A stretch of DNA of 54,867 nt, filler included, from Sphacelaria rigidula (lineage: Eukaryota), in the NCBI GenBank assembly GCA_964200075.2. It is 4 parts of 4 records of this genome, joined end to end, with 100 filler letters (N's around TTAATTAATTAA, not from the genome) between each part and the next. Parts side by side here need not be neighbours in the genome. Positions count along the whole stretch, not along the records: positions 1 to 13,644 come from CAXNAA020002748.1; 3 more parts are not named here. One strand, written 5' to 3'. The notes beneath the pieces were generated by a model, which saw only the letters and a list, made by a program, of their open reading frames with translations, was not told the DNA's origin and ran no database searches. Each line of letters opens with the position of its first letter. Position 1 is the first letter of the stretch. Position numbers and translations under genes: made by a program. Below are positions 1 to 10,448 of this stretch, piece by piece.

Positions 1-230
1 AACCAGGGGCAATTTCGGATGGCTGGGATTGTTCGCGTGGCAGAGGCAGAGCATCATTCTTGATCGTATTGGTCGACTGGGTAGGTTTTGAAGTCGAGGG
101 GCGTACGTAGGAGCCTTTCAAAAATATTTGTGAGGCAGCTCCGGAATTTCTCAAGAAGGAGTTGCGTAAGGTGCGAGTGACTCGTTCCATTGCTGCTCGC
201 ATTACGCGTGAGTTTGGGATTCAGTTGTGA
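1..230 (+). pseudogene. Ty3/gypsy integrase C-terminal chromodomain-like region, degenerate (element G1, 3' end)
   Basis: Reads NQGQFRMAGIVRVAEA..LVDWVGFEVEGRT*EPFKNICEAAPEFLKKELRK..EFGIQL*, with a stop and a frameshift. Homologous to ORF 30625..30873(-). The LVDWxGF..E.TWEP pattern is the chromodomain signature. Confidence 0.85.
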
Positions 231-309
231 CTTGCTCAATCGTTTCGGCGTTAGTTTTTTTAGTGTCAACCTTGTTGCTCGATTCTCGTCCAACGCGCTT
301 TGGGGGTGC

Positions 310-559
310 TGTGGCGAAATCACGCCGTCACGGTTGAGTATATAATGAATCCTGGATGATGACCAATGGACAAGGGCATCCTGTAGATGATGAGCCTTGC
401 TGTGTAGCCCAGCCTTGTGGCGCGGGGCTGCAGATGTTTCCTCCGAAAAATGACAAGGTGTTGTAAAGGCTGACAACTGAGACCTTGAGGACAGTGGAGC
501 TGAGGAGTCCCTCAACAGCATTCAGACGCTGCAGTACTAGCAAACCTGCTAGCGTCACA
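310..559 (+). repeat. 3' LTR of gypsy G1 (250 bp, TG...CA)
   Basis: Starts TGTGGCG and ends CGTCACA. Preceded by the PPT-like TTTGGGGGTGC (299-309). About 22 mismatches against the LTR at 8650 (manual count). Confidence 0.92.
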
Positions 560-898
560 GACCGTAGCTTGCATCACGGCTACGTCGCAATATACGTACA
601 TGTGGGTACAGTAAGGGCGTTGTACTTTTTCCTCCTGTCGACTACTAGTATATGTATCTTCCTTATTTCTGGCAGGTTGGGGGGGGTCTTCCATGGTTGA
701 TTACCCCGATAGCTACTATACATATACGAGGCGTCATACACGTCGCTTGTCAATGGCTTGAATGGGTGTGCGGGATGGTCTTCGGTACGGGCGTAGCATT
801 GTTGGCAGTATTAGGCTTGAGCGAGTACAGTACCTTGTCTTCGTCCTGCATTGGCTCCTTCTTAGCCCGGCGTCTGTTACCTGTGTTTTTTGGGGGGT

Positions 899-1156
899 TA
901 TAGCCTCTGCCAGACGATCTGGACAAGAGGACTCTCAACGGGGGACTCCTCCAGTAGTACTGGCCTCCTGCTCGACAAGTCCTTTCTTCTTACTTGTTAA
1001 TATCACGGAGTGATTCTCAACAGATCACATCACGAGCCAGACAGCAAGAGTCCACACAGATAAGGGTCATCAATCCAGGATCCCCTGTCCCCTGTCACTG
1101 CTCCAATCATGTATGCGACTACACTGGAACCTTCGGCTTGGTATCATTTGGCTACA
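899..1156 (-). repeat. 3' LTR of G2
   Basis: Direct repeat of 3722-3976. Termini are TATAGCC...GGCTACA on the + strand. Confidence 0.88.
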
Positions 1157-1380
1157 GCACCCTCGAAGAAAGTTCAACGAAATTGGACAAATCATCCATG
1201 ATAACCTAAGCGTACTGATGCACGAGGCAAACCACCTTGTCTCCACCGGATCATGGCATCCGGGCTTGGCCTTCACTGCCTTTGCCTGTGGCTTGAGGTG
1301 TACCCTCATGGCCTCCACGCGCACTGGCGGATCACCACACAGCGCACGACGAAAGGTATCAACGCGACGAGCCAAATTAC

Positions 1381-1591
1381 TGTAATGCGTGAGAGTATCG
1401 CGTGCTTTGAGGACCGCATCGGAATTTGAACATTTCTATGGTTAGGGTTAGTGTTAGGGTTAGTGTTGGGGTTAGAGTCAGGGGCGTGGTTCCTGCAGGG
1501 ACTGGCTCGATTGGTTTTGAAACGCGTCGATCCTGGGGTGTTGTGGACTACGGTGCGGTTCTCTGAGCACGCGGTCCTCTCACGCATTACA
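1381..1591. mobile_element. MITE with ~40-bp TIRs (TGT...ACA), Ginger-like ends and internal telomere-like repeats
   Basis: TGTAATGCGTGAGAG... versus ...CTCTCACGCATTACA. Flanks TTAC/ATAC give a 4-bp TSD with 1 mismatch. It interrupts the G2 pol frame LRGI/LARRVD. Second copy at 8187. Confidence 0.88.
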
Positions 1592-1796
1592 ATACCACGA
1601 AGACGACATGCGCCATCGGCGCTCAGGCCCTTCTGCTCGACCTGCCGCACACTATCCTCTAGCGCACGTTCTCGTGCACCTCTCTCCTCTGCAGGATCCA
1701 TGAACATGTCGGGCCCCCGATCGACCAAGCACTCCACCTCTTCATCCGCAGGAGCCTCCTCCTCATTGGCACTTTGGAATGACCGTATGGATACGA

Positions 1797-2300
1797 TCAC
1801 ACGCCTCGCAGCAAAATAAATGCATTTTCCACGCCGGTTTGCACCGGCACAGCACGCGGGCGTACCTTATCCAACGCCAGTGGGTGCAGATCAATCCCGC
1901 GCTTCTTCATCGTCGCCATCCCAAACAGAACCACGTTGTCCTCACCGGGCATGGCAGCGAAAGTAATGGGCTGCAACTCCACAGCCCCCCACGGTGTACG
2001 CATGCTAACAGTAGTCGGCACCGTTTTGTGTGTAGCCGTCACGGGAGCACCCGTGGCGGTCTGCGCCGTTTGCGGTCCGTTTTCGAACGGAAGCTGCAGC
2101 TGAGCGCCGCCAAACGGCGAAGACATCTGTTCTGGTAACCTCACACCGATCGACGTGAGCGCGGACCCAGAATCCAGAATCACGCGGGCCGGGAACGAAC
2201 CTACAGAACCAGGCACGGAAAGATTTGCGCGCAAGCATTCAGCCTTGCGATTGACAGATACCACGCCTGTCGAAGAACCCGGGTCGGTCTCAAGAGTCAC
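1797..2300 (-). pseudogene. Retroviral-type aspartic protease (G2)
   Basis: VILDSGSALT active-site motif and VVLFGM motif. Homologous to the protease part of ORF 9464. Confidence 0.8.
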
Positions 2301-2392
2301 CTGACGCCAGGGCTGCGCTTCAGCACTTGACGTCGATAACTACGAATCGTTCGTCGAACCAGACCAAGTCGCCGAATATGCAGATGGCGCTG

Positions 2393-3523
2393 TTACAGCC
2401 GTCGCAGTAGTAGGAGATGCACCAGAGACGGATCCTGCCTGGCCGATGGTTGCAAGCTAGTCGCTCCAGCACTCCCCACCAAAGTAGTTGTATTTCCCAC
2501 ATACACTGTCCGCCCTGCTACGGACGAACCATGTAATCCAGAGTCACCACCTGATGGCGTATAGGAAGAAACAGCAGCGGAGAAACCACCATCCGCCGCC
2601 GATTGCTTGCTACCGCGGCCGCCGCGCCCTCGTCCCTGATTGGCACGGCCCCGTCCACCGTGACGACCGCCTCGAGATCCTGATGAACCTCGTGCATTGC
2701 CCTGTGCCGCGCCATGAGCGCGAGGCTTGGGGCAGTCCTTGATCATACGTCCGGTTTCGCCGTAGTTGTAACACGTGCGAGTGGACGGCGCTCGCGACGC
2801 CGGCTGCTGTTTCTGTTTCTGTTGCTGTTTGCGGCGCATACCACTTCCACTTGCCGCAGAGTCGCGCCGGCCATGTGCTTCAATGAACTTCCACTGGTCG
2901 GCCGCCTCAAATACGTTTTTGAAGACCACCGCCGGGTTCTTTTTCCAGCCGTCAACATACGTTAGTACACTTCTAACATACACCTTGAGATGCGGGGGCG
3001 AAATCCCGTTCACCAAAGCTATGGAAACCGACTCGGCCGGGCCTAGCAACCAGCTCCTGTCCTCCGCACGGTACATGGCTTGCACCATCAGGCGCTCTGC
3101 AAAAAATCGTTCCATATCTGAACTGATCATCATATCACGATCCCTGACAGTTTTTCCCCCGCTTTGCTTCAGTGTGAGTACTTTATGCAGATCTGCAACA
3201 GCCCGTGCAGCGTCATGCTTTCCACCGGTTGTAGTATACCCGGCATGCTGGTTCGCAGCATCAAGCAATTCATCGGGGGTCATAGCCCGACCATCCTTGT
3301 ACATGCCTTCGAAGCAGCGGTAAATGTAGACAGGAATGGGTTGCCCTATGCTTACTCTATCATGCCGTATAATTCCTCGTCCATTAGCGAGACGCAGACG
3401 CTGTAGATATTCAAGATATGCTACGAACAAAAACCGTGATGCCTCCTCTGTCGATACCCCACCATACTTTGGCGGCTGTAGTGGCCCACCTAACACCAGC
3501 GGCGCTACCGCCGCTTCAGCCAT
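2393..3523 (-). CDS. gag: Gypsy Gag-like protein (G2), degenerate zinc knuckle
   Basis: 376-aa ORF, similar to ORF 9464 (L.PP.Y...SR.F...Y.EY..R; WK.P..V). Decayed CCHC motif CYNYGETGRMIKDC. Confidence 0.8.
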   Translation of the reverse strand: MAEAAVAPLVLGGPLQPPKYGGVSTEEASRFLFVAYLEYLQRLRLANGRGIIRHDRVSIGQPIPVYIYRCFEGMYKDGRAMTPDELLDAANQHAGYTTTGGKHDAARAVADLHKVLTLKQSGGKTVRDRDMMISSDMERFFAERLMVQAMYRAEDRSWLLGPAESVSIALVNGISPPHLKVYVRSVLTYVDGWKKNPAVVFKNVFEAADQWKFIEAHGRRDSAASGSGMRRKQQQKQKQQPASRAPSTRTCYNYGETGRMIKDCPKPRAHGAAQGNARGSSGSRGGRHGGRGRANQGRGRGGRGSKQSAADGGFSAAVSSYTPSGGDSGLHGSSVAGRTVYVGNTTTLVGSAGATSLQPSARQDPSLVHLLLLRRL

Positions 3524-3721
3524 GTCGTCGATGCTTTAAACACTTCACGGAGAGACTCTTGCTTGACTTATGCGTCCTTCAGCTCACGGTGCGTCCTCCA
3601 CTACTGTGCGCTTCAAGCTGGCCTCCTCCTGTCTGCGGGCTACACTGGCTCTCAGCTGCAGCCCATATCTCCTCAGCCAAACCTCCTCTAGCAGAGTGCC
3701 GGAATATTAATATCTAGATAT

Positions 3722-3976
3722 TATAGGCTCTGCCAGACGATCTGGATAAGAGGACTATCCACGAGGGACTCCTCCAGTAGCACTGGCCTCCTGCTCGACA
3801 AGTCCTTTCTCACTTGCTATTGTCACGGAGTGATCCTCAACAGACCACACCAAGAGCCAGACAGCAAGGAGCCACACAGATGAGGGTCATCAATCCAGGA
3901 TCCCCTGTCCCCTGCCACTGCTCCAATCATGCATGTGATTATACTGGAAGCTACGGCTCGGTATCATTTGGCTACA
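3722..3976 (-). repeat. 5' LTR of G2
   Basis: Direct repeat of 899-1156, lying upstream of gag on the - strand. Confidence 0.88.
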
Positions 3977-4190
3977 CATCTCGAAGGAAATTTCGTCGGG
4001 TGTAAAATGGTTGACAGTAACATGTGAACCTGAAAGGAAGGAAAACACCATGCCGTTTGATGGCAGACAGGTATCGGTCACTGTTGCAGCTGAAGACGTT
4101 GAAATTTGTTGGCGACGGTTGTTCGATGGTACGGTCGTGAAAGCTGGATCGGCGATGGTAGTATTAGCTTGGCGTTGATGTCCGTCGAGG

Positions 4191-4227
<37 letters not shown>

Positions 4228-6030
4228 CGCGGTTGCCGCTATTGCGTTGGCTGTTACGGTCGGAATCGTCATGTTCATCAATGCGTTGAAGACCGCACCA
4301 CTGTACAGGCCTGTTTCCATTATTGGACTATAGTCTGGAGTGACAGTCGCGCAAACGATGGCCTGGTTTCCCACGGGAGTAGCTTTTTCCACGAAATTTC
4401 GCGGATTGATTTGAAGAGGTCGGTATTGATGCCGCCAGTTTTGATGAATGACGGCCATGTGATCTTCTCGCAATGACTTTGCGCGCCATTTGATTTGCAT
4501 ACATGTTGCGCATAGTAATTTCTATCTCCTCGATGTTGAAGTCCGGGTCGCGTCCAGCGTGGTACTTGATCTGATCATGGTCGCTGGTTAGACCTTCAAT
4601 TACTGTGTCAGACAACGTTTCTTCGAAGACAGCCTCTCCCACATGAACGGGCTCGTCTCGAAGTTGAAATAATTTTGCAGGGAGACATCTGGGTCTTACC
4701 CTGGTGACATGGTGATGTCGTCCAGTTTTCTCAAAAATATGCGGCGTCTCTGTCTGGACGAATTCTGATATTTTGCTACCAGACCTTCCCACGCACATTT
4801 GCCGTTTAGTCTCTTTAAATTGTTTGGTTGAAAACGCAGGAGGAAACTTACCGCTGCACCAGTTGTCGACGAATACAAAACGTTGAACAACTGTTCGTTA
4901 TGCCGGTCCCAGTTTTCTATATTTCGCGTGTTCAACGTTTGTCTCACATGTGACGCCACGCTGGGATAATCAGACACTTCTCGATCAGGGGCTTCGGCTT
5001 GGTCATCAGCAGTTTTAGTATCTCCCGCCGCTGCTGTCACCTCGCTCCTCGCGGTTGCCCCCACCGATGGTGAAGGTGAACGAGCGGACGGCTGCTGATG
5101 GCTTCTGGAACGAGTCGCAATGGGGCTTGTTCTCGATGTCGATCTGGGAGCTGGTTGCGGCTGGTCTACCTCAGAAAGAGCTTCATCATAAATTTCCGTG
5201 GGGCGTTCAACCCCGTTGAGGATATCAGAAATCGCCGGAAGAGTCAAGGCAATAATCGTGTGGGTAGAGCACGTCCACTCGACAAACTTCGTACAGCCAA
5301 ACTTGTTGATACTCCTGATTAGCTGAGTTACAGATGGCTCTCTCAATTTACTCATCTGCCTCAGGTTGTACTTGTAAAACATTATTTTGACAACTGCAGA
5401 TCTATTGAAAGGATCTGATTTTTTGGTCTTCTGGTTGTCGCTGCTGAGACGACCTTGAAGTGACGTCTCCTCGCTCGTGCTGACCGTCGTAGTCTCGAAT
5501 CGAAGGCTGATGGCCTGATGGACTACGTGGTCGCGAATCGAAGGCTGATAACCTATTGGCAAATAGTGGCATGCGGTGTTTGGTACTGTTCTCGAAGCAA
5601 AGCGACTACTGTCACGGAGACAGTAGTAAAGCAGAGGTTGCACAGTGGTAGCAAAAACACTTGCTTCTGCAGCAAACAGAAGGTCGAAAAGACAAATAAA
5701 TAGTGTTTGGGGCACTTCACGGGGCCGAACATAATGAAGTAGCTTCCTTTTCATACAGAGGGCTGAGGAAACGAAGGAGAACTGAGTAGGCTTGGTAAAG
5801 TGATTGCAAGGGCGGTAGAGACCACCGATTCCAAGCATACTCAATCCTGAAACATAAAGCAAAGACCTCAGCACGTACGTAGGATCAAATCGTATCATCC
5901 CATTCAACCTCGCTACTGCTGACGCGGTAGCCTTGCCAGTTCTTCAGCTTGGATCTAGTGCAAACTTGCACACAAGATATCTTACAGCTTACGTGGCCTA
6001 CATACTCTGCTAGAGTATCTTTCATCGACA
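3977..6030 (-). mobile_element. Truncated Ty1/copia element (5' LTR, PBS, gag)
   Basis: On the - strand the LTR end ...CCAATA at 5554 is followed by GGTTATCAGCC, a half-tRNA-Met-type PBS. A copia-type gag lies downstream. The outer LTR boundary near 6030 is only a guess. Confidence 0.7.
4000..5355 (-). pseudogene. gag: Copia Gag (UBN2-like), frameshifted
   Basis: MSKLREPSV...AWEGLVAKYQNSSRQRRRIFLRKL, then a frameshift into AKLFQLRDE..VIEGLTSDHDQIK..GKPGHRLRDC (decayed zinc knuckle). (AAC)n tract at 4190-4227. Confidence 0.78.
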
Positions 6031-7984
6031 AATCAGGGCAACACGCCTACTTCAGCAATATCCTACTTGGAACCTCATTCAAACAAGTAGGTTATAGATC
6101 AACACAAAAGAGGTACTCTCCGTGAAAAATATGCGAATGAAACGGTATTACATGGTTTGTAGATTTGTCGGACCGCAACATGTTTTATCACTATCTTTTG
6201 TCGCAACGACTTCATTCAAACACATTGGATACAGACTGTATCGTCTAGAGTTTTTGCAACACATTGCATTCCGTACACTAGCTGAAGCTCTGAAGACGGG
6301 ACGATTTCGGAACAACATTCACAAGAAGCGTGATGCGATGCCCACTTACTTCTACGAGTGAAGACAAAAAACTCGATAAGGGCTTGAACTGCACGCAATT
6401 TAGAGACATGTACGGGAGTAGCCAACTTGTGCTATTTTTTGTCGAGTTACTGTGAGGAAGGCGTATCGCTAGGGTAGACAGACTAACGAGGAAACTATCT
6501 TGGGAGATATCATCCTGGTGCCGAAGGAACTTCGAGGCTGGCGACGATTTCCTCTTGTGATATGTGGGCAAGAATTTGGGTCAGACGAGAAATGGTCGCC
6601 AGGGCGCGACCCGTTCCTTGGGGGATGTTGGTCCATCCTGAATCAGGCTCTTCTTGGTATCACTCCAAGTTGTCTAGTATCGTTGGTATTACAGGGTCCT
6701 CGGTAGTCTGATCCCTTCGGATCGTTCCTACCTTGTACCTGCATGCCCCGGGTCTTCATACAGGTGTGGCATCAGTCTCTGATATGCCACTGCAAAGAGA
6801 TGTCTTCCACATCACGACATTTTCATCTTTTTTCATGGGTCCAGATCGCTCTAACTCACTGATTTTGTTTTCACTTTTCCTATGCTGCTTCCCTGACTTC
6901 CCTGACTTCCCTGACTTCCCATGTATTCAGAATACAACTCTCATGTCGAATTTGCAGCTCATAGCTGCAACCATTGGTCATCGCATCATCGTTAAATGCA
7001 CGTTTTTATTGCTGGCCCACACTGTATTCGTTTCCCCAATCGTCCGTCTTGCGGTTGCTGATCGGGGGGAATTCGCCGCTCGGCGTAGAGAACTTGTTCT
7101 CTCTTCTCACCGTAGGTTTTATTTCGAGTGGCCACGGGTACAGGGTGGGGTATCGGTACGAACTGGGCCAGCTTACAAGTTGCTGAACGTTGCTAACACT
7201 ACAGCTTTTCCAGTTTCCCGAATGAACCCGATGTAAGCATATCACTGCGAAGTGCAGACCAACCTGGTAAGATACGGCACCGCCACTGAATGAAAAAAAA
7301 TGGAAAAACAATTTACTGCATAATGTACAACTTCAATGACGTACGAGAAAAAAGAGAATATGTCGGGATTCGAACTCATGACCTCCATAATGGGAGTCTC
7401 CCATCACTTGAATGATAGGGGTGCAGTAGCGTTACGCAAAGTGTTGCACGCACGGCCCAATCCGACGACTCTGGAGCTGAAATTTCAGGAAGATCTTCTG
7501 CCCCCAAGGAAATATACATCACGTGAGCAGCTGCAGAATCTCATTTTTTTCCTGGACTTATGGCGTTATCTTGTTTTTGCTGAGATTTCGAATCCCCATG
7601 ACTTCCTCATTTATTTGTTTTTCCTCTGCTCCTCACTTGTGTTCTGCATCTCGATCATAAAAAGCTGCTGTTAAAATTTCAGCGTCCAAGTCCTAATATC
7701 ACGCCGTGCGTCGCCCGAGCGAGATTCGCACCTACTCTTGGTTGGCCTCGCTCTTAGTTCAACTGTGTTGTATTCGTTGCGTATTTCGTAGATGATGTAC
7801 CTGACCTCGAGCTACGGCTTCTCTCGTCGGCCCTTTCCTCGTCTTGCACCGTGTCCACCCGCATTCCTCGTGACCAGCGGCGCTAAATCCTTTTCGGATG
7901 GGCGGCACGGAGCGGACCCAGCCAGGAGCGTGGTGTTACTATACATCCGTTTTGGGATTTATCATCGAGATTGGCGGTTGTTAA

Positions 7985-8086
7985 CCCTTGAACCGCGATG
8001 CGGGGAGACTATCGGGATAACGCATACAATTTTCAAGTGAAAATTGATGCCGATTCAGCAGGTGACCTACCCTCGCGGTCTGAGGG
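7985..8086. mobile_element. piggyBac-like MITE (102 bp)
   Basis: TTAA|CCCTTGAACCGCGA ... TCGCGGTCTGAGGG|TTAA; TIR match 11/14. Confidence 0.7.
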
Positions 8087-8186
8087 TTAAGTAGTGGTGA
8101 AGCAGCATAAGTATACATTTTAATGATGCTCTCCCGCGGGTCGTATTTACGCATATTCTCTTCCCGGGATATGGTGGGGCAAAGGG

Positions 8187-8396
8187 TGTAATGCGTGAGA
8201 GGACCGCGTGCTTAGAAGACCGCGCGGTAGTTAATAATAGTTCAGGATCGACGTTTTTGAGAACAATCGGGTCAGTCCCTACAGGTACCACGCCCCCGAC
8301 CTTAACCCCAACACTAACCTTAACCCTAACCCTAACCATAGGGGTGTTCGAACTCCGATGCGGTTCTCTGAGCACGCGGTCCTCTCACGCATCACA
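8187..8396. mobile_element. Second copy (inverted) of the 1381-1591 MITE
   Basis: Same TIRs, internal (CCCTAA)-like tract at ~8300-8337; TSD unclear. Confidence 0.88.
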
Positions 8397-8649
8397 AAGT
8401 GGCCACTAAGTAAGTGATATATCTGGTATTGCACAAACCCTCTCAATTTCGTAGCCCTTGGGTATTCGTGGGCTAACGGCGGAGAGGGGGGGGGCAGGGG
8501 TGTTGCGTTTTCCTCTTCGATATCAAGATAGATGGGGGGTAAACACCGGTCGCACGGGAATGGTATGGAGCGTGAGGTATGCAGAGGCATGGAAGTACTG
8601 CAGAAGGACGGATACGAGATGCCAGAGCGGATGTGTGAAGCATTTGACC

Positions 8650-9152
8650 TGTGGCGAAATCACGCCGTCACGGTTGAGTATATAGTGTATCCTGGATGAT
8701 GACCAGGGGACAAGGGCATCCTGTGGATGATGAACCTTGCCGTGTAGCCCAGGCTTGGGGCACGGGGCTGCAGATGTTTATTCCGAATGATGGCAAGGTG
8801 TTATAAAGGCTGACAACTGAGACCTTGAAGACAGTGGAGCTGAGGAGTCCGTAAACATCATTTAGACGCTGCAGTACTAGCAAACCTGCTAGCGACTGCT
8901 GCCGAGATAGCACCACCCCGAACCGGCCAAAAACGTGCACTGGGGGTGATGATCATGAATACCGTTAGAGCTGGTTGCGTGCTGCACGACGCGACTCATT
9001 TGGGCGTTATGGCTGATTTCGGATTGCTACACGTCTCTCATGCGGGTGAAATTGCTGCGAACGAGCCCAATAGTGGGATCGCAGCTGGTTTGTCGGACGA
9101 TCTCCGGTGCACTTTTGTGGGGGGGCTATCTCGGCATTAGTCTAGCATCACA
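8650..9152 (+). repeat. 5' LTR of G1, interrupted by a MITE
   Basis: Matches 310-559 up to ...CTAGC (8893) and resumes TAGCATCACA at 9143-9152. Confidence 0.9.
8894..9142. mobile_element. MITE, 249 bp, 18-bp TIR, 4-bp TSD TAGC
   Basis: GACTGCTGCCGAGATAGC / GCTATCTCGGCATTAGTC (16/18). The empty site is visible in LTR 310-559. Confidence 0.9.
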
Positions 9153-9463
9153 ATATCGATATTAGTGCTAGTGCTTGGCGTGCTAGTAAGTGCTATCGTT
9201 TGAGGCTGCTGAAACTTTCAGCAGGGAGACGTCTGGACAGCTTCTGATTAGCCTCGGGCACAGAGCTTCACGGACGCGTGAGGAGGTTTCAAGCAGAGGT
9301 AGCTGCAAAGGCGGCTGGCCCGTGATTGATCCAGGCTAGAGACTTGCTGGAGATGGCGTACAGCGGGTGTTTGTAGGACCCCAGGGCTATGTGGAGCGGC
9401 GAAGGAAGCAGGTGTGATCAAAATTTCCAGAAGGTTTGAGAAATCTTCGATTTAGGCTCAAGA

Positions 9464-10392
9464 ATGTCGACATTGGAGGTACAGACAAAAGAGCCAGCGG
9501 AAACGACTGTAACCCCAGTCGTTCTAAAGGAAGAGTTGCGGCCGCCCAGTTACGAGAGTTTGTATTCTAAGGGTGCCTCTCGATCGTTTTACACGAGATA
9601 CATGGAATACAAAAGGAGGGTGGAGCATGCGAATGCAGGGGGTGCGGTGAGGCATCAGGTGGTGTCGATGGCGCAATTAGTACCAACACCCTTGCAACGC
9701 GTCTTCGCGGGGCGATTCCATGAAAAGCATACCATAACGCCGCTGCAGTTGGCAGCAGCGATAAAGAAGCACGCAAGGCATGCGGCAGGCGCGGAGGTAG
9801 AACTTACTCAGGCGTCCGCGGTCGTGGCAAAGGCTGTCGCAATGAACCACAAGGGGAGGACCATGCGTGAGAGGGTGGAGCCAATAATGAGTAAGTTGGA
9901 AACGTATTTTGCGGGAAATCCCAACGTAGACATGATTTATCGTTCGTCCGATGGGACATTTCGCCCAGGGCCCGCTGCGGTGGTCACCAAAGCGATGGTG
10001 GAGGGTCTGGTACCGGCGGAATTTAAGCAGGCCGGGCTTGCACAGTTACAGCACGAAACAAATTGGAAGTCGGACCCGTATTTAGTCATGGATACCGTGG
10101 TGGCTGAGGCTCAGGCATGGCGGCGCGTCGAAGTATTCGGAAAATCATCCACTTCGTCGCCGCAGTCTTCGAGCTCGCGTAACCGCGGATCAAAATACGC
10201 AGGCAGTGCCGCCTCAAATTTTTCTTGCTTTCAGTGTGGCCAGGTCGGTCAAATCCCACGGAAGTGCCCAACGCCTTCTGAAGAGGAGTCCGGGCAGACG
10301 AATGCCGCGCGCCCTCACAAGGGCAAAATACGAGGTAGTCGTGGTGGCGGTGGCGGCGCATCCTCCAGCGGTGGAGGTGCACAGTCGACTTC

Positions 10393-10448
<56 letters not shown>

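Larger units (their letters stand above)
899..3976 (-). mobile_element. Internally deleted Ty3/gypsy LTR element G2 (gag, protease, pol remnants)
   Basis: LTRs at 899-1156 and 3722-3976. gag ORF 2393..3523, protease VILDSGS in 1797..2300, RT N-terminus 1210-1375, short integrase scrap (IMDDLSNFVEL), then PPT-like TTCGAGGGTGC. Confidence 0.9.

Noticed and set aside
5356-5907. N-terminal part of the 403-aa ORF as coding
   Set aside because: It runs through the copia LTR, PBS and leader; gag more plausibly starts at 5355.
560-8649. A single LTR element bounded by LTRs 310 and 8650 with this region as its interior
   Set aside because: The PPT lies before LTR 310 and the leader and gag lie after LTR 8650, so these are a 3' LTR and a 5' LTR facing outward.
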